Notes: generated by a model not told the origin, from the letters alone. DNA of 64,000 nt from an uncultured Anaerolineaceae bacterium (GCA_964518505.1 CAZFGT010000001.1:8-64007); one strand, 5' to 3'. Counted from the stretch's first letter, positions 1 to 9,864 are shown. Made by a program: numbers and translations.

Positions 1-630
1 CAGCTCGAAGGTCGGGTCGTTGTTGCCGCTGTACTCGTAGTCGACGATGTGCAGGCGCTGCCCGTCGTCGAGGTAGTTCTCCGCCAGCAGGTCGTTGTGG
101 CACGGCACGGTGGGCAGCGGCCGGCGGCCCAGGGCGCGTTCGAGGTGCGGGACCTCCACGACCAGCTCTCGATAGCCGTCGGGCACCGGGATAGCCCGTT
201 CATCCACGACCGCGAGGTAGTGCTCGGTCAGGCGGAACATGTCGAAGTCGCGCAGGAAGCGCGGCCCACCGTGCAGCGTGCCGAGCGCCTGGGCCACGCG
301 CGCCGGCATCTCCGGGCGGCTCATCGACTCGTTCGACATCGTCCGGCCGGGGATGAAGCCCAGGACCACGACGCCAAGCTCGGGCAGGACGTGGATGACT
401 TCCGGACCGATGCCCACGCTCGCCGCGGCGCGCGTGTTGTACAGCTCGTTCTCCCGGTCGATGGCCAGCAGCTCGGTCTGGGCGCCCGGGATGCGCACGA
501 CATACGGCGTGTCCTCGACGCGGACGAGGTAGTTGTGATTGGTCAGGCCGCCCGACAGGAGGCTGACCTCCGAGACGCGGCCACGCCACGAGGGGACGGC
601 GGCGATGGCCGCTTCGACCGCCGCGCTCAC
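1..630 (-). CDS. Choline/ethanolamine kinase-family phosphotransferase (3' end runs off the window)
   Basis: Not in the ORF track. Manual translation from GTG at 630 gives LSGGLTNHNYLV...CHNDLLAEN...IVDYEYSGNNDP, which are APH/choline-kinase catalytic motifs. Confidence 0.85.
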   Translation of the reverse strand, partial: MSAAVEAAIAAVPSWRGRVSEVSLLSGGLTNHNYLVRVEDTPYVVRIPGAQTELLAIDRENELYNTRAAASVGIGPEVIHVLPELGVVVLGFIPGRTMSNESMSRPEMPARVAQALGTLHGGPRFLRDFDMFRLTEHYLAVVDERAIPVPDGYRELVVEVPHLERALGRRPLPTVPCHNDLLAENYLDDGQRLHIVDYEYSGNNDPTFEL

Positions 631-648
631 GGCCGGCTCAAGGCGCGG

Positions 649-1149
649 TCACCAGCCCTCGGTGCCCGGCTCGCCCTTGAAGGGACCGACGATGCGCGAG
701 GTCACCCAGCCGCCGTAGAAGCGGCCCGGCTGCGGGCTGGCCCGCTCGTCGCCCAGCCACGCGTCGTCGACCTTGCCGGCGTAGAAGGCGAGGTGGCCCG
801 TGATGGCCTCGTAGCCCGGCTTCGGCTGCTCGTAGGTCCAGGCCACGTTGGACACGTCGCGCGTCCCGTCGTGGAGCGACCAGTAACTGGCCTCGCCCTT
901 CCATTCGCACCACGTGCGGTGGGGCGAGGGGCGCAGCAGATCCATGCGTACGTCACTCCGGGGCACGTAGTACACCGGCGCGCCCGCCGTCTCCAGGACG
1001 CGCAGGGCGCTGGTGGAGTCGGCGATCGTGGTGCCACCGACCACGACGCGCACCCGCTCCGGGACCGCCTCCACGCGCGGCGGCCGGGGGTAGTCCCACA
1101 CCGACTCCTGCCCCGGACCGGGGGTGATGGGACGAGGACGCGGGCCCAT
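649..1149 (-). CDS. DUF427 domain protein
   Basis: ESVWDYPRPPRVE, VLETAGAPVYY, CEWKGEASYW and FYGGWVT motifs; start taken at ATG 1149. Confidence 0.85.
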   Translation of the reverse strand: MGPRPRPITPGPGQESVWDYPRPPRVEAVPERVRVVVGGTTIADSTSALRVLETAGAPVYYVPRSDVRMDLLRPSPHRTWCEWKGEASYWSLHDGTRDVSNVAWTYEQPKPGYEAITGHLAFYAGKVDDAWLGDERASPQPGRFYGGWVTSRIVGPFKGEPGTEGW

Positions 1150-1162
1150 GTGGTCGGCCACG

Positions 1163-1867
1163 TCAGTCACGCAGCCAGCCGACCGGCGCCTCATGCCCGG
1201 GCAGCGCCGCCAGCAGGCGCAGCAGCGGCACGGCCCGCGCAAGCGTGTCGGCGACGGTGGCCGGCAGGTCCGGGGAGCAGGCATCGGCGTCCGCCAGCCC
1301 GCGCCCGAAGGTGATGTCCTTGAGGCGGAGGAGATCGAGGTCGGGATCATCGCCGCGGTAGCCGGACGGCGCCCGCTGTAGCCGGTCGCCGTCGAGGGCC
1401 CCGAACATGGCCGTGAAGGCGGGCGAGTCGACCACGGCGTGGACGGCGGCCCGGTCGGCCACGACCGCCGAGCGCCACGCGGCGAGGCGGGCCGGCGACG
1501 GATGCCACATGCCGCCGCCGACATAGACCTGGCCGGGCTGGAGGTGGAAGTAGCCGCCCACCCCACCCCCTTCCCCAGCCCACCCGAAGCTCGCGCTGGC
1601 GGCCGTCTTGTAGGGCGACTTGTCCTTGGAGAAGCGCACGTCGCGGTAGATGCGGAAGGGGGACTTCGCCGGATCGGACGTCAGCGGGATGCCACGGGCA
1701 GCGAACGCTTCGCCCAGCGCCACGCAGAGGGCCTCGAGCGGCGCCTTGAGCAGCCGCTCGTACTCCGCCTTGCGCGGCTGGAACCAGGCCCGATCGTTGT
1801 TCTGGCCAAGGTCGACCAGGAACTGCAGCGCCTGCGGTGTGAACCCGGGGAACCCTGCGTGCGCCAT
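1163..1867 (-). CDS. DUF2461 / TIGR02453 family protein
   Basis: FLVDLGQNNDRAWF, SPFRIYRDVRFSKDKSPYKT and YFHLQPG motifs. Confidence 0.9.
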   Translation of the reverse strand: MAHAGFPGFTPQALQFLVDLGQNNDRAWFQPRKAEYERLLKAPLEALCVALGEAFAARGIPLTSDPAKSPFRIYRDVRFSKDKSPYKTAASASFGWAGEGGGVGGYFHLQPGQVYVGGGMWHPSPARLAAWRSAVVADRAAVHAVVDSPAFTAMFGALDGDRLQRAPSGYRGDDPDLDLLRLKDITFGRGLADADACSPDLPATVADTLARAVPLLRLLAALPGHEAPVGWLRD

Positions 1868-1916
1868 CGCCCTAGCCTAGCAAGGCGGGCGCGAGCGGGG
1901 GCGTATGCTCGTGCCG

Positions 1917-3293
1917 ATGGATGGCTGGCGGACGATCATCGAGCCGTTCCGCATCCATGCCGTCGAGCCGATCCGCCTGACGACCCGTGCCGAGCGCGCC
2001 GGGGCCATCGAGGCGGCCGGCTACAACCTCTTCAACGTCCATGCCGATGACGTCCTCATCGACCTGCTGACCGATTCCGGCACCGGTGCCATGAGCCGGG
2101 ATCAATGGGCGGCCATCCAGCACGGCGACGAGAGCTACGCCGGCAGTCCCAGCTGGTACACCTTCCTGGCCGGCGTCCAGGCCCTCTTCCCGTTCCCCCA
2201 CGTCATCCCGACCCACCAGGGTCGGGCCGCGGAGAAGATCCTCTTCAGCGTGGTGGGCGGCCCGGGCAAGGTCATCCCCAACAACACCCACTTCGACACC
2301 ACCCGAGCGAACATCGAGGCGACCGGGGCGGAGGCCGTGGACCTGGTCATCGCCGAAGGCCGCGAGCCGGCCACGATCCACCCGTTCAAGGGCAACATGG
2401 ACATCGACGCCCTGGAGCACCTCCTCGCCGAGCGGGCGGCGGACGTGCCCGTCGTGTTCATGACCATCACCAACAACTCGGGCGGCGGCCAGCCGGTCTC
2501 GCTGCGCAACCTGCGGGCCGTCCGCGCGGTGTGCGACCGGCACGGCATCCCCCTGTTCCTGGACGCCTGCCGCTTCGCCGAGAACGCCTGGTTCATCCAC
2601 GAGCGCGAGGAGGGCCAGGCGGGTCGGTCGGTGGTGGACATCGTGCACGACATGGCGGCGCTGGCCGACGGCATGACGATGAGCGCCAAGAAGGACGGCC
2701 TGGCCAACATCGGTGGCTGGCTGGCCATGAACGACGGCGCCCTGGCCGAGCAGTGCCGCACGCTGCTCATCCTGACTGAGGGCTTCGTCACGTACGGCGG
2801 GCTGGCCGGCCGCGACCTGGAAGCGATCGCGCAGGGGCTGCGTGAGGTCATCGACGAGGATTACCTGCGCTACCGGATCCGCTCCACGGCCTACCTTGGC
2901 GAAGCGCTCGACGCGGCGGGCATCCCCATCGTCCGGCCGGTCGGCGGCCATGCGGTCTACATCGACGCGCGAGCCCTCCTGCCGCACATCCCGCCCCTCG
3001 CCTATCCCGGCCAGTCGCTCGCGGTGGCCCTGTACGTGGAGGGCGGCATCCGCGCCTGCGAGATCGGCACGGTCATGTTCGGGCGGCATCCCGACGGCTC
3101 GGAGACGCCCGCGGCGATGGATCTGGTACGCCTGGCCATCCCCCGGCGCACCTACACCCAGAGCCACATCGACTACGTCATCGAAGTCGTCCGTGCGGTC
3201 GGCCAGCGCGCCGCCGATCTGCGGGGCTACCGCATCGCCTCCGAGCCGCCGGCCCTGCGCCACTTCACGGCCCGCTTCACGCCGCTCGCCTGA
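1917..3293 (+). CDS. tnaA: Tryptophanase (PLP-dependent beta-eliminating lyase)
   Basis: DLLTDSGTGAMS, HQGRAAE and PLP-lysine MSAKKD motifs. HFDTT (Asp) and LRHFTA (His) match tryptophanase rather than tyrosine phenol-lyase (FTTT, RFFT). Start placed at the ATG 7 nt after TATGCT. Confidence 0.85.
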   Translation: MDGWRTIIEPFRIHAVEPIRLTTRAERAGAIEAAGYNLFNVHADDVLIDLLTDSGTGAMSRDQWAAIQHGDESYAGSPSWYTFLAGVQALFPFPHVIPTHQGRAAEKILFSVVGGPGKVIPNNTHFDTTRANIEATGAEAVDLVIAEGREPATIHPFKGNMDIDALEHLLAERAADVPVVFMTITNNSGGGQPVSLRNLRAVRAVCDRHGIPLFLDACRFAENAWFIHEREEGQAGRSVVDIVHDMAALADGMTMSAKKDGLANIGGWLAMNDGALAEQCRTLLILTEGFVTYGGLAGRDLEAIAQGLREVIDEDYLRYRIRSTAYLGEALDAAGIPIVRPVGGHAVYIDARALLPHIPPLAYPGQSLAVALYVEGGIRACEIGTVMFGRHPDGSETPAAMDLVRLAIPRRTYTQSHIDYVIEVVRAVGQRAADLRGYRIASEPPALRHFTARFTPLA

Positions 3294-3294
3294 G

Positions 3295-3672
3295 GTGGGG
3301 ACGCCGCTCCCCACGGCCGAGGGCCCCGATCCTGGTACGGGGCAGATCGGGTGCGCCTTCGCCGTCGTCGGCGCGCTCGTGGGGGACCTCATCGCCACGG
3401 TCGTCCTGGTGATCGTCCACCCGGACGAGATCTTCCCCAATGGGCCCGACCTGACGACGGCCCTCATCGCGCTGGGGATCGGGTGGGTGGTCGCCTTCGG
3501 TCTCGCCGTGATCGTGAGCGTCATCGTCGTCGGCATCGGGCTGACCCGGGTCGTCGGCCGCCTCACGGCCCGGGCCCGCGAACCCCTGCCGCTCGTCGCC
3601 GCGGCCTGGCTGGTCTGTGCCATGGTCATCGCCGGGACCGCCCTCTGGATCCTGGCGGGCAGCAACGGATAG
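3295..3672 (+). CDS. Hypothetical membrane protein, about 3 TM segments
   Basis: GTG immediately after the tnaA stop; hydrophobic segments; high GC at third codon positions. Confidence 0.6.
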   Translation: MGTPLPTAEGPDPGTGQIGCAFAVVGALVGDLIATVVLVIVHPDEIFPNGPDLTTALIALGIGWVVAFGLAVIVSVIVVGIGLTRVVGRLTARAREPLPLVAAAWLVCAMVIAGTALWILAGSNG

Positions 3673-3772
3673 GCCCGGCTGGACGGCCCGGACGGGCCCA
3701 ACGTCGAACCGGAGTACCGTGTAGGCCCGAACGCTCGGCATCCCCCCATCCACCCCCGAGGTCCACCCATCG

Positions 3773-6700
3773 ATGTCCTACCGGCGACCACCTCGCAGCG
3801 ACATCGGTGACGCGATCCAGGACTGGCTGAACCGCCAGGCGGCCGCCCAGCGCGACCGGGGCGACCGCGGCGGCGACGATGGGCCGCCCGCGGGCACACG
3901 CCGCACCGGGCCGCCGCGCCGGCTCCCGCGCCTGCCGTTCGTCATCTTCGCCATCCTGATCCTCGCCTGGCTGATCGTGGGGGCGGTGATCGACCCGGCT
4001 GCCGACTACCTGTGGTTCACCAATGTCGGCTTCGGCGACGTGTGGACCACGCAGTTCGCCTACGGGGCGGCCCTGTTCGCGCTCGGTCTCGTGGTCGGGC
4101 TGGTCTTCCTGCTCGGCAACCTCGTGCTCGCGTGGCGCTGGGGTCACGAGCCGACCGATGAGGCCTTCGCCGCCCAGGCCCACACCCGGACCTGGCGTGT
4201 CAGCGACGCCGAGGTCGACGTGCTGTCCCTCGCCGCGGCCCTGCCCCGCCGCACGATCCGCACGATCGTGGCCGGCGTCGCCATCTTCTTCGGCCTGCTG
4301 TTCGCGTTCCGCCTGCCGGCCGCATGGCAGACGGTGGCCCTCTGGTTGCACGCCGTCCCGTATGCCCCGACGGGGACCGCCACCCCGGACCCCATCTTTG
4401 GCCTGGATCTGGGCTGGTGGCTCTTCAGCCTGCCGATGCTGCACCTGGTCGCCGACGTGGCCGTGCTGCTGTTCGCCCTGAGCCTCCTGCTGACCGGGGT
4501 CGCCTACGGCCTCGTGGCCCTCCGGGGCGGCGACGTGACGGCACGCCGGCCGATCCTGCACCTGGCCATCCTGGGCGGCGCGTTGCTGCTGACGATCGCG
4601 GGCCTGCAATGGCTGGGCCGCTACGACCTGGCCTACGGCCAGAACGGGGCGGTCCCCGGCGTGACGGCGACGGATGCCGCGGTGCGCCTGCCGCTCATCG
4701 CCCTGACCGCCGTCACCACGGTCGTGCTGGCCGTCGCCATCGTCGTCCTGGCCGTGGTGCGCCGCGGCCGGGCCGCCCGCCTCGTGGCCGCCATCGGGGG
4801 CAGCTGGTACGTCCTGTTGGTGGTCGCCGGCGCCGTCGCGCCGGCCCTCTACCAGCAGCTGGTGGTGACCCCCAACCAGAACTCGGCCGAGGCGCCGTAC
4901 ATCGCCAACAACATCGCCCTCACGCGGCAGGGCTTCGGCCTCGACGGGTGGACGGTGCAGTCCTACAACGGCAAGGCGACGCTCACCGCCAGCGACGTCA
5001 GCAACGACCAGGCTACCTTCGACAACGCGCGCCTGTGGGACTACCGGCCGCTTGGCACGACGCTCGACCAGCTGCAGACGGTGCGACAGTACTACGACTT
5101 CACGTCGGTCGACATCGACCGCTACCTCATCGGCGGCGTGCCGACGGAGGTGATGCTCTCGGCCCGCGAGATGGCGCTGGACAAGAGCCAGACGAATCCG
5201 ACCTGGATCGCCCAGCACGTCCTGTACACGCACGGCTACGGGCTGGCGATGGTGCCCGTCAACGCCGTCGATGCCAACGGCTTGCCCGACCTCATCGTCA
5301 AGGACCTGCCCGTCACGTCAGCCCCCGATGCGCCGCTGGTGAGCCAGCCGCGCATCTACTTCGGCGAGCGGCCGTCCGACTGGGTGCTGGTGGATGCCCA
5401 GACCGACGAGTTCGACTATCCGTCCAGCATCGGCAACGGCAACGACGTCACGGACCAGTACGGCGGTTCGGCCGGCCTGTCCATCGGGTCGCTGCCCGCC
5501 CGCCTGCTGTGGGCGGCCAAGTTGGGCGACCTGAACCTGCTCATCAGCGACCAGGTGACGAATCAGACGCGCCTCGTCCTGCATCGCAGCCTGGCCGACC
5601 GGCTGGGCACGCTGGCGCCGTTCCTGACCCTGGATCCCGACCCGTACCTCGTGGTCGGGCCGGACGGCCGCCTGGTGTGGATCCAGGACGCGTACCTGAC
5701 CAGCGACGGGCTGCCGGCCGCGACACCCACCGATGACGCGGCCCTCAAGAGCCAGTACGACTACATCCGCAACAGCGTCAAGATCACCGTCGACGCCTAC
5801 GACGGCACGACCCACTTCTACGTGGCCGATCCGACCGATCCCCTCATCCGGGCCTGGCAGGGCGTCTTCCCCACCATGTTCCAGCCCCTCTCGGCGATGC
5901 CGGCCGGTCTGGTGGCCCACCTGCGCACGCCCGAGGCGATGTTCAACGCCCAGACCAAGACCTTCGCCCGCTATCACGTCACGGACGTGGCCAGCTTCTA
6001 CAAGAACGACAACATCTGGACAGTGCCGGCGGTGAGCGAAGGCAGCACCCAGGTCGTGCCGCCGGAGGCCTACTACGTCGAGATGCGCCTGCCCGACCAG
6101 GCGGCCCCCGAATTCGTCCTGATCCAACCCATGGTGCCCGCGTCGCGGCCCAATATGATCGCCTGGGTGGCGGCCCGCAACGACGGCACGGCTCGGGGCC
6201 AGGTCACCGTCTACCAGCTGCCGGCCAACACGACCATCCAGGGGCCCAACCAGATCGAGGCCCGTATCGACCAGGATCCGGTCATCAGCGCCCAGATCAG
6301 CCTGTGGAACCAGAGCGGCTCGCAGGTCATCCGGGGCAACCTGCTGGTGATCCCGGTGGGCACCTCCTTCCTGTACCTGGAGCCGATCTTCCTGCAGTCC
6401 ACGAGCGCGGCCTTCCCGCAGCTGACGAAAGTCGTGGTCGCCTCGTCGACCACCATCGGCTGGGGCAGCACGCTGGCCAACGCCCTCCAGGCGGTCACCA
6501 GCGGCGCGGGCACCGGGGGCACCGCCGGCACCGGCGGCGGATCGGGCGGCGGCGGCCCGCAGCCGACCGCCACGCCCGTCCCCACCGCGGCCAACGGCAA
6601 CCTGCCGACCGACATCCCCGGGCTGATCCAGTTCGCCAACGACCACTTCACGGCGGCCAAGGCAGCCCAGGCGCGCGGCGACTTCGTCACCTACGGCCAG

Positions 6701-6787
6701 GAACTCCAGCTGGTCCAGGACGCCCTCGTCGCGTTGCAGGGGCTGACGGGCGCGTTGCCGACGCCGTCGATCTCGCCCGCCCCCTAG
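3773..6787 (+). CDS. UPF0182 family membrane protein
   Basis: 1004 aa; multi-TM N-half; NARLWDYRP, YTHGYG, PRIYFGE, DYIRNSVK and VIRGNLLVIP motifs. Confidence 0.95.
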   Translation: MSYRRPPRSDIGDAIQDWLNRQAAAQRDRGDRGGDDGPPAGTRRTGPPRRLPRLPFVIFAILILAWLIVGAVIDPAADYLWFTNVGFGDVWTTQFAYGAALFALGLVVGLVFLLGNLVLAWRWGHEPTDEAFAAQAHTRTWRVSDAEVDVLSLAAALPRRTIRTIVAGVAIFFGLLFAFRLPAAWQTVALWLHAVPYAPTGTATPDPIFGLDLGWWLFSLPMLHLVADVAVLLFALSLLLTGVAYGLVALRGGDVTARRPILHLAILGGALLLTIAGLQWLGRYDLAYGQNGAVPGVTATDAAVRLPLIALTAVTTVVLAVAIVVLAVVRRGRAARLVAAIGGSWYVLLVVAGAVAPALYQQLVVTPNQNSAEAPYIANNIALTRQGFGLDGWTVQSYNGKATLTASDVSNDQATFDNARLWDYRPLGTTLDQLQTVRQYYDFTSVDIDRYLIGGVPTEVMLSAREMALDKSQTNPTWIAQHVLYTHGYGLAMVPVNAVDANGLPDLIVKDLPVTSAPDAPLVSQPRIYFGERPSDWVLVDAQTDEFDYPSSIGNGNDVTDQYGGSAGLSIGSLPARLLWAAKLGDLNLLISDQVTNQTRLVLHRSLADRLGTLAPFLTLDPDPYLVVGPDGRLVWIQDAYLTSDGLPAATPTDDAALKSQYDYIRNSVKITVDAYDGTTHFYVADPTDPLIRAWQGVFPTMFQPLSAMPAGLVAHLRTPEAMFNAQTKTFARYHVTDVASFYKNDNIWTVPAVSEGSTQVVPPEAYYVEMRLPDQAAPEFVLIQPMVPASRPNMIAWVAARNDGTARGQVTVYQLPANTTIQGPNQIEARIDQDPVISAQISLWNQSGSQVIRGNLLVIPVGTSFLYLEPIFLQSTSAAFPQLTKVVVASSTTIGWGSTLANALQAVTSGAGTGGTAGTGGGSGGGGPQPTATPVPTAANGNLPTDIPGLIQFANDHFTAAKAAQARGDFVTYGQELQLVQDALVALQGLTGALPTPSISPAP

Positions 6788-6908
6788 GGCCCTCCCTCGT
6801 GCGCGGTGCGAAGGTGCACCGCATCCGCGGCCCGGGGGTCCATCGGCACCGTGGAACGGGCAGTTCGGCACTTATCCGAAGCTCGGTCGCGGTCCGTACC
6901 GTCGCATC

Positions 6909-7424
6909 GTGCAGACCCGCCTACCCCCGCGCGACCACTACGAGCTCCTGCAGGTCGTCCGCACCGCCGACCCCGAGGTCATCCGGGCTGCGTACCGGGC
7001 CCTGGCCCAGAAATACCATCCCGATCTGGGCGGCACGGAGACCCAGATGGCGGCCCTCAACGACGCGTGGGCCGTACTCCGCGACCGGCAGGCACGCGCG
7101 GCCTACGACCGCCAGCTCGCCGTCGCGGCCGACCGCGCTGGTGGGTCGGTCGACGGCAACCGCGCCCCCATCATCACGCCGCCGCCGGCCGCGGACCCGT
7201 CCGGGGGCACGATCCTGGACTACGGCCGCTACCGGGGCTGGTCCCTCGCCCAACTCGCCCGCCACGATCCCGACTACCTGCGGTGGCTCGTGCGGACGCC
7301 TGCCGGGCGCGCCTACCACACGGAGATCGAGGCGCTCCTGGCGGATCGGCGGCCGGACCCCGGGCGTACCCGACCCCGTGGCCGCGGCGGGCTGTTCGGC
7401 CGGGTGTCGACCGCCCCCCGCTAG
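6909..7424 (+). CDS. J-domain protein with a C-terminal 'FGKY/YGRY...DPDYLRWL' mini-domain
   Basis: YELLQV...YRALAQKYHPD...LNDAWAVLRD...RAAYD; C-terminus has ILDYGRYRGWSLAQLARHDPDYLRWL. Confidence 0.85.
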   Translation: MQTRLPPRDHYELLQVVRTADPEVIRAAYRALAQKYHPDLGGTETQMAALNDAWAVLRDRQARAAYDRQLAVAADRAGGSVDGNRAPIITPPPAADPSGGTILDYGRYRGWSLAQLARHDPDYLRWLVRTPAGRAYHTEIEALLADRRPDPGRTRPRGRGGLFGRVSTAPR

Positions 7425-7448
7425 GGCGTACCATCTGCGGCGCCAGCC

Positions 7449-7580
7449 ATGAAACGCCTCATCCTGCTGATCCTCACCGCCTGCGCCGGGGCGCTCGTCG
7501 TCTGGCGCGTGACGCGCGACGAAGAGCCCACGGCGGCCGAGCGCTGGGATCCTGACGGCGGGCCGCCTCCGGCCGCCTGA
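7449..7580 (+). CDS. Small single-pass membrane protein (43 aa)
   Basis: Not in the ORF track. MKRLILLILTACAGALVVWRVTRDEEPTAAERWDPDGGPPPAA has a basic N-terminus, a hydrophobic helix and high GC3, and fills the intergenic gap. Confidence 0.55.
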   Translation: MKRLILLILTACAGALVVWRVTRDEEPTAAERWDPDGGPPPAA

Positions 7581-7652
7581 TTCGTCGGAGCAGCCACGGG
7601 GGGCTACGCTTCGCCCGAACTCGCACGTCGCGAGGCGGCTCCCGGAGGCAGC

Positions 7653-8012
7653 ATGAACCTCAACAGCGTCCTCATCGGCTCGGCCGATCCCGAGCGCCTG
7701 GCGGACTACTACACGAAGCTCTTCGGCGCGCCCGGCTGGGGGGCTGGCGGCTACAGCGGGTGGCAGCTCGGTTCCGGCTATGTCTCCGTCGGACCTCACG
7801 ACCAGGTCCACGGCAGTAACACCGAACCCGGACGGATCATGTGGAACATCGAGAGCGGCGACGTCAAGGCCGACTTCGAGCGGCTCAAGGCGGCTGGGGC
7901 GACCGTCGTCAAGGAGCCGTATCAGCCCGGCGAGATGCCCGATGCGTGGATCGCGACCTTCGCCGACCCGGACGGCAACTTCTTCCAGCTCGTCAGCGCG
8001 ATGTCGATGTAA
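7653..8012 (+). CDS. VOC/glyoxalase family protein
   Basis: RBS GGAGG; LADYYTKLFG and IATFADPDGNFFQL motifs. Confidence 0.9.
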   Translation: MNLNSVLIGSADPERLADYYTKLFGAPGWGAGGYSGWQLGSGYVSVGPHDQVHGSNTEPGRIMWNIESGDVKADFERLKAAGATVVKEPYQPGEMPDAWIATFADPDGNFFQLVSAMSM

Positions 8013-8182
8013 GTCGCGCCAAGTCGGGCCGAACGGCCCTTGCCGGGGACCCACCCCCGCGTCACGGTTACCGGTTGGGAACCGGAACCAGCGAGTGGCC
8101 GAGGAACGAGTCCGAATCGGGTCGCCGAACCCGCGCGGTCTCGCTGGCCGATGGAACACAGTCGACCCCGCGGAGGTGCGTC

Positions 8183-8365
8183 ATGGCGCTCCAACGGACC
8201 GTACTCGGCGAGCAGCTGGAAGCCCACCTCGAGCTTGCTCGCGTCCTGCTCATCATCGGCGCGGCCGTCCTCCTGACCGCGGTGATGATGGTCGTCTTCG
8301 GCTGGCACGGGGTCGCACCCTCGTACCAGATCGTGCCCGATCCGGCGGGCGTCCTGCCGTTCTAG
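8183..8365 (+). CDS. Small membrane protein (60 aa)
   Basis: RBS GGAGG at about 8172; MALQRTVLGEQLEAHLELARVLLIIGAAVLLTAVMMVVFGW...YQIVPDPAGVLPF with one TM helix. Confidence 0.65.
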   Translation: MALQRTVLGEQLEAHLELARVLLIIGAAVLLTAVMMVVFGWHGVAPSYQIVPDPAGVLPF

Positions 8366-8504
8366 GGCGTCGGTCATGGGGTAGAGTCCACCGCTAGGCA
8401 GTGGACGTGGGCCCGCTCGACCAAAACGATGTGCATGGCGGCCGCTTGAAGCGGCCGCCGCGCCGTCTGACCGGGTCTCCCGCCCAGCATCAGGAGGACG
8501 CCCC

Positions 8505-8906
8505 GTGCTCGGTGACTACCTCGTCTTCCCCATCCTGCTGTCCAGGGATCTCGCGGTCAGTCGCGCCTTCTACCACGACACCCTGGGTCTGGAGATCCTC
8601 CGCGAGGACGGGGAGCGCATCATCTTCCGCTGCGGGAACGGCTCGCAGCTGTCGGTCACCCTGAGCACGATCGGGACCAGGGACTCGCAGACCCAGCTCG
8701 CGTGGCGGGTGCCCGACCTGAAGGCCGCGCTGGCCGATCTGCGTGCGCGCGGCGTCCGGATCGAGGCCTATGACGCGCCCGACCCGGTGACCGACGCGGA
8801 AGGGATCGCCGACATGGGCTTTGCCTGGTCGGCTTGGATCATCGATCCGAGCGGCAACGCGCTGGCCATCCTCCAGCCGAAGGCACCGCCGTCCCCGTCC
8901 GCCTGA
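8505..8906 (+). CDS. VOC/glyoxalase family protein
   Basis: RBS AGGAGG; SRAFYHDTLGL and AWIIDPSGNALAI motifs. Confidence 0.9.
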   Translation: MLGDYLVFPILLSRDLAVSRAFYHDTLGLEILREDGERIIFRCGNGSQLSVTLSTIGTRDSQTQLAWRVPDLKAALADLRARGVRIEAYDAPDPVTDAEGIADMGFAWSAWIIDPSGNALAILQPKAPPSPSA

Positions 8907-8925
8907 CGGCGGGGTCCGGGCCCTG

Positions 8926-9864
8926 ATGTTCGAAGAGCTAGTCGATCGCGTCCACGCGTTCCTGTTCGGCACGCCCATCGTGCGGCGCGCGGCCCCGCGA
9001 CTGGCCGGCACCTGGCACACCATCGATTCCTCCCTGCCGCTCTACGAGCTGCGACGAACGGCGTGGCAGATCCGGCACGGTCGTCGTCGCGCCCGGTTCC
9101 CGATGCGCGTCGCGTTCACGCCCGAGGCGCCGCGCTACTTCCACGGGGCCTACCAGCTGTGCGAGCGCCTCAACGTGCAGATCACCGCGGCCCCTGAGGC
9201 GGACGTGCTCATCCACTGGCGCAACGCGACCGAGTGGGGCGATCCGCCGCCCGACCTGGATGCCCGCGCCGTCAATGCGCGGGTGCGCGACATCAGCAAG
9301 CGCCACATCAACGAACTGCACGGCCGGGTCTTTGGCTATGACCTCGAGCCGGAGCCCGACGCCACCGAGTTCGTGGCCAAGTCGGACCGCAACGCGACCC
9401 ACGATGGCCGCGTGGTGGCGCGTCGATCGAGCGAGGCGGGCGTGGTGACCCAGCGCCTCATCGACAACCGGCTCGATGCGCACATGGTGACCGACTTCCG
9501 GGTGGTCCTCTTCGATGGCCGGATCGTCCTTTGCGTGGTGCGGTACCGCCCGGTGGCCAACCGCTTCCTGGGCCAGGGTTTCAGCCTGCTGGCCGTGCTG
9601 ACCCCTCCTGACGCGTGCTTCAGCGCGACCGAGCAGGCCCAGCTGGCGGCCATGTGCGACGCAGTTGGCGCCGATTGGGCCGAGCTGGACGTGCTGCGCG
9701 ACCGGGGCTCAGGCCGGCTCTACGTCGTCGACGTGAACCCCACGCCCGGCGCCCCCATCCCGAGCCTGTCGCGGGACGAGGACCGCGCCTGCTGGCGCCT
9801 GCAGGAGGCCGGCTTCGCCCAGCTCCTGCGCGCCCACGCGAGGGGGCTCGGCGCGGGCGCCTGA
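8926..9864 (+). CDS. Hypothetical ATP-grasp-like protein (paralogue 1)
   Basis: KSDRNATHDG, QRLIDNR and ELDVLRDRGSGRLYVVDVNPTPG; the C-terminus resembles the ATP-grasp 'YVxEVN' motif. Confidence 0.65.
   Translation: MFEELVDRVHAFLFGTPIVRRAAPRLAGTWHTIDSSLPLYELRRTAWQIRHGRRRARFPMRVAFTPEAPRYFHGAYQLCERLNVQITAAPEADVLIHWRNATEWGDPPPDLDARAVNARVRDISKRHINELHGRVFGYDLEPEPDATEFVAKSDRNATHDGRVVARRSSEAGVVTQRLIDNRLDAHMVTDFRVVLFDGRIVLCVVRYRPVANRFLGQGFSLLAVLTPPDACFSATEQAQLAAMCDAVGADWAELDVLRDRGSGRLYVVDVNPTPGAPIPSLSRDEDRACWRLQEAGFAQLLRAHARGLGAGA

Noticed and set aside
1905-3293. Tyrosine phenol-lyase assignment
   Set aside because: The specificity residues (FDTT Asp, RHFT His) match tryptophanase.
8060-8170. c-di-AMP (ydaO) riboswitch
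   Set aside because: GGGAACCGGAACC and CCGAACCCG resemble parts of it, but the GGGGUGAA and CAGCUAAC elements and the expected order are missing.
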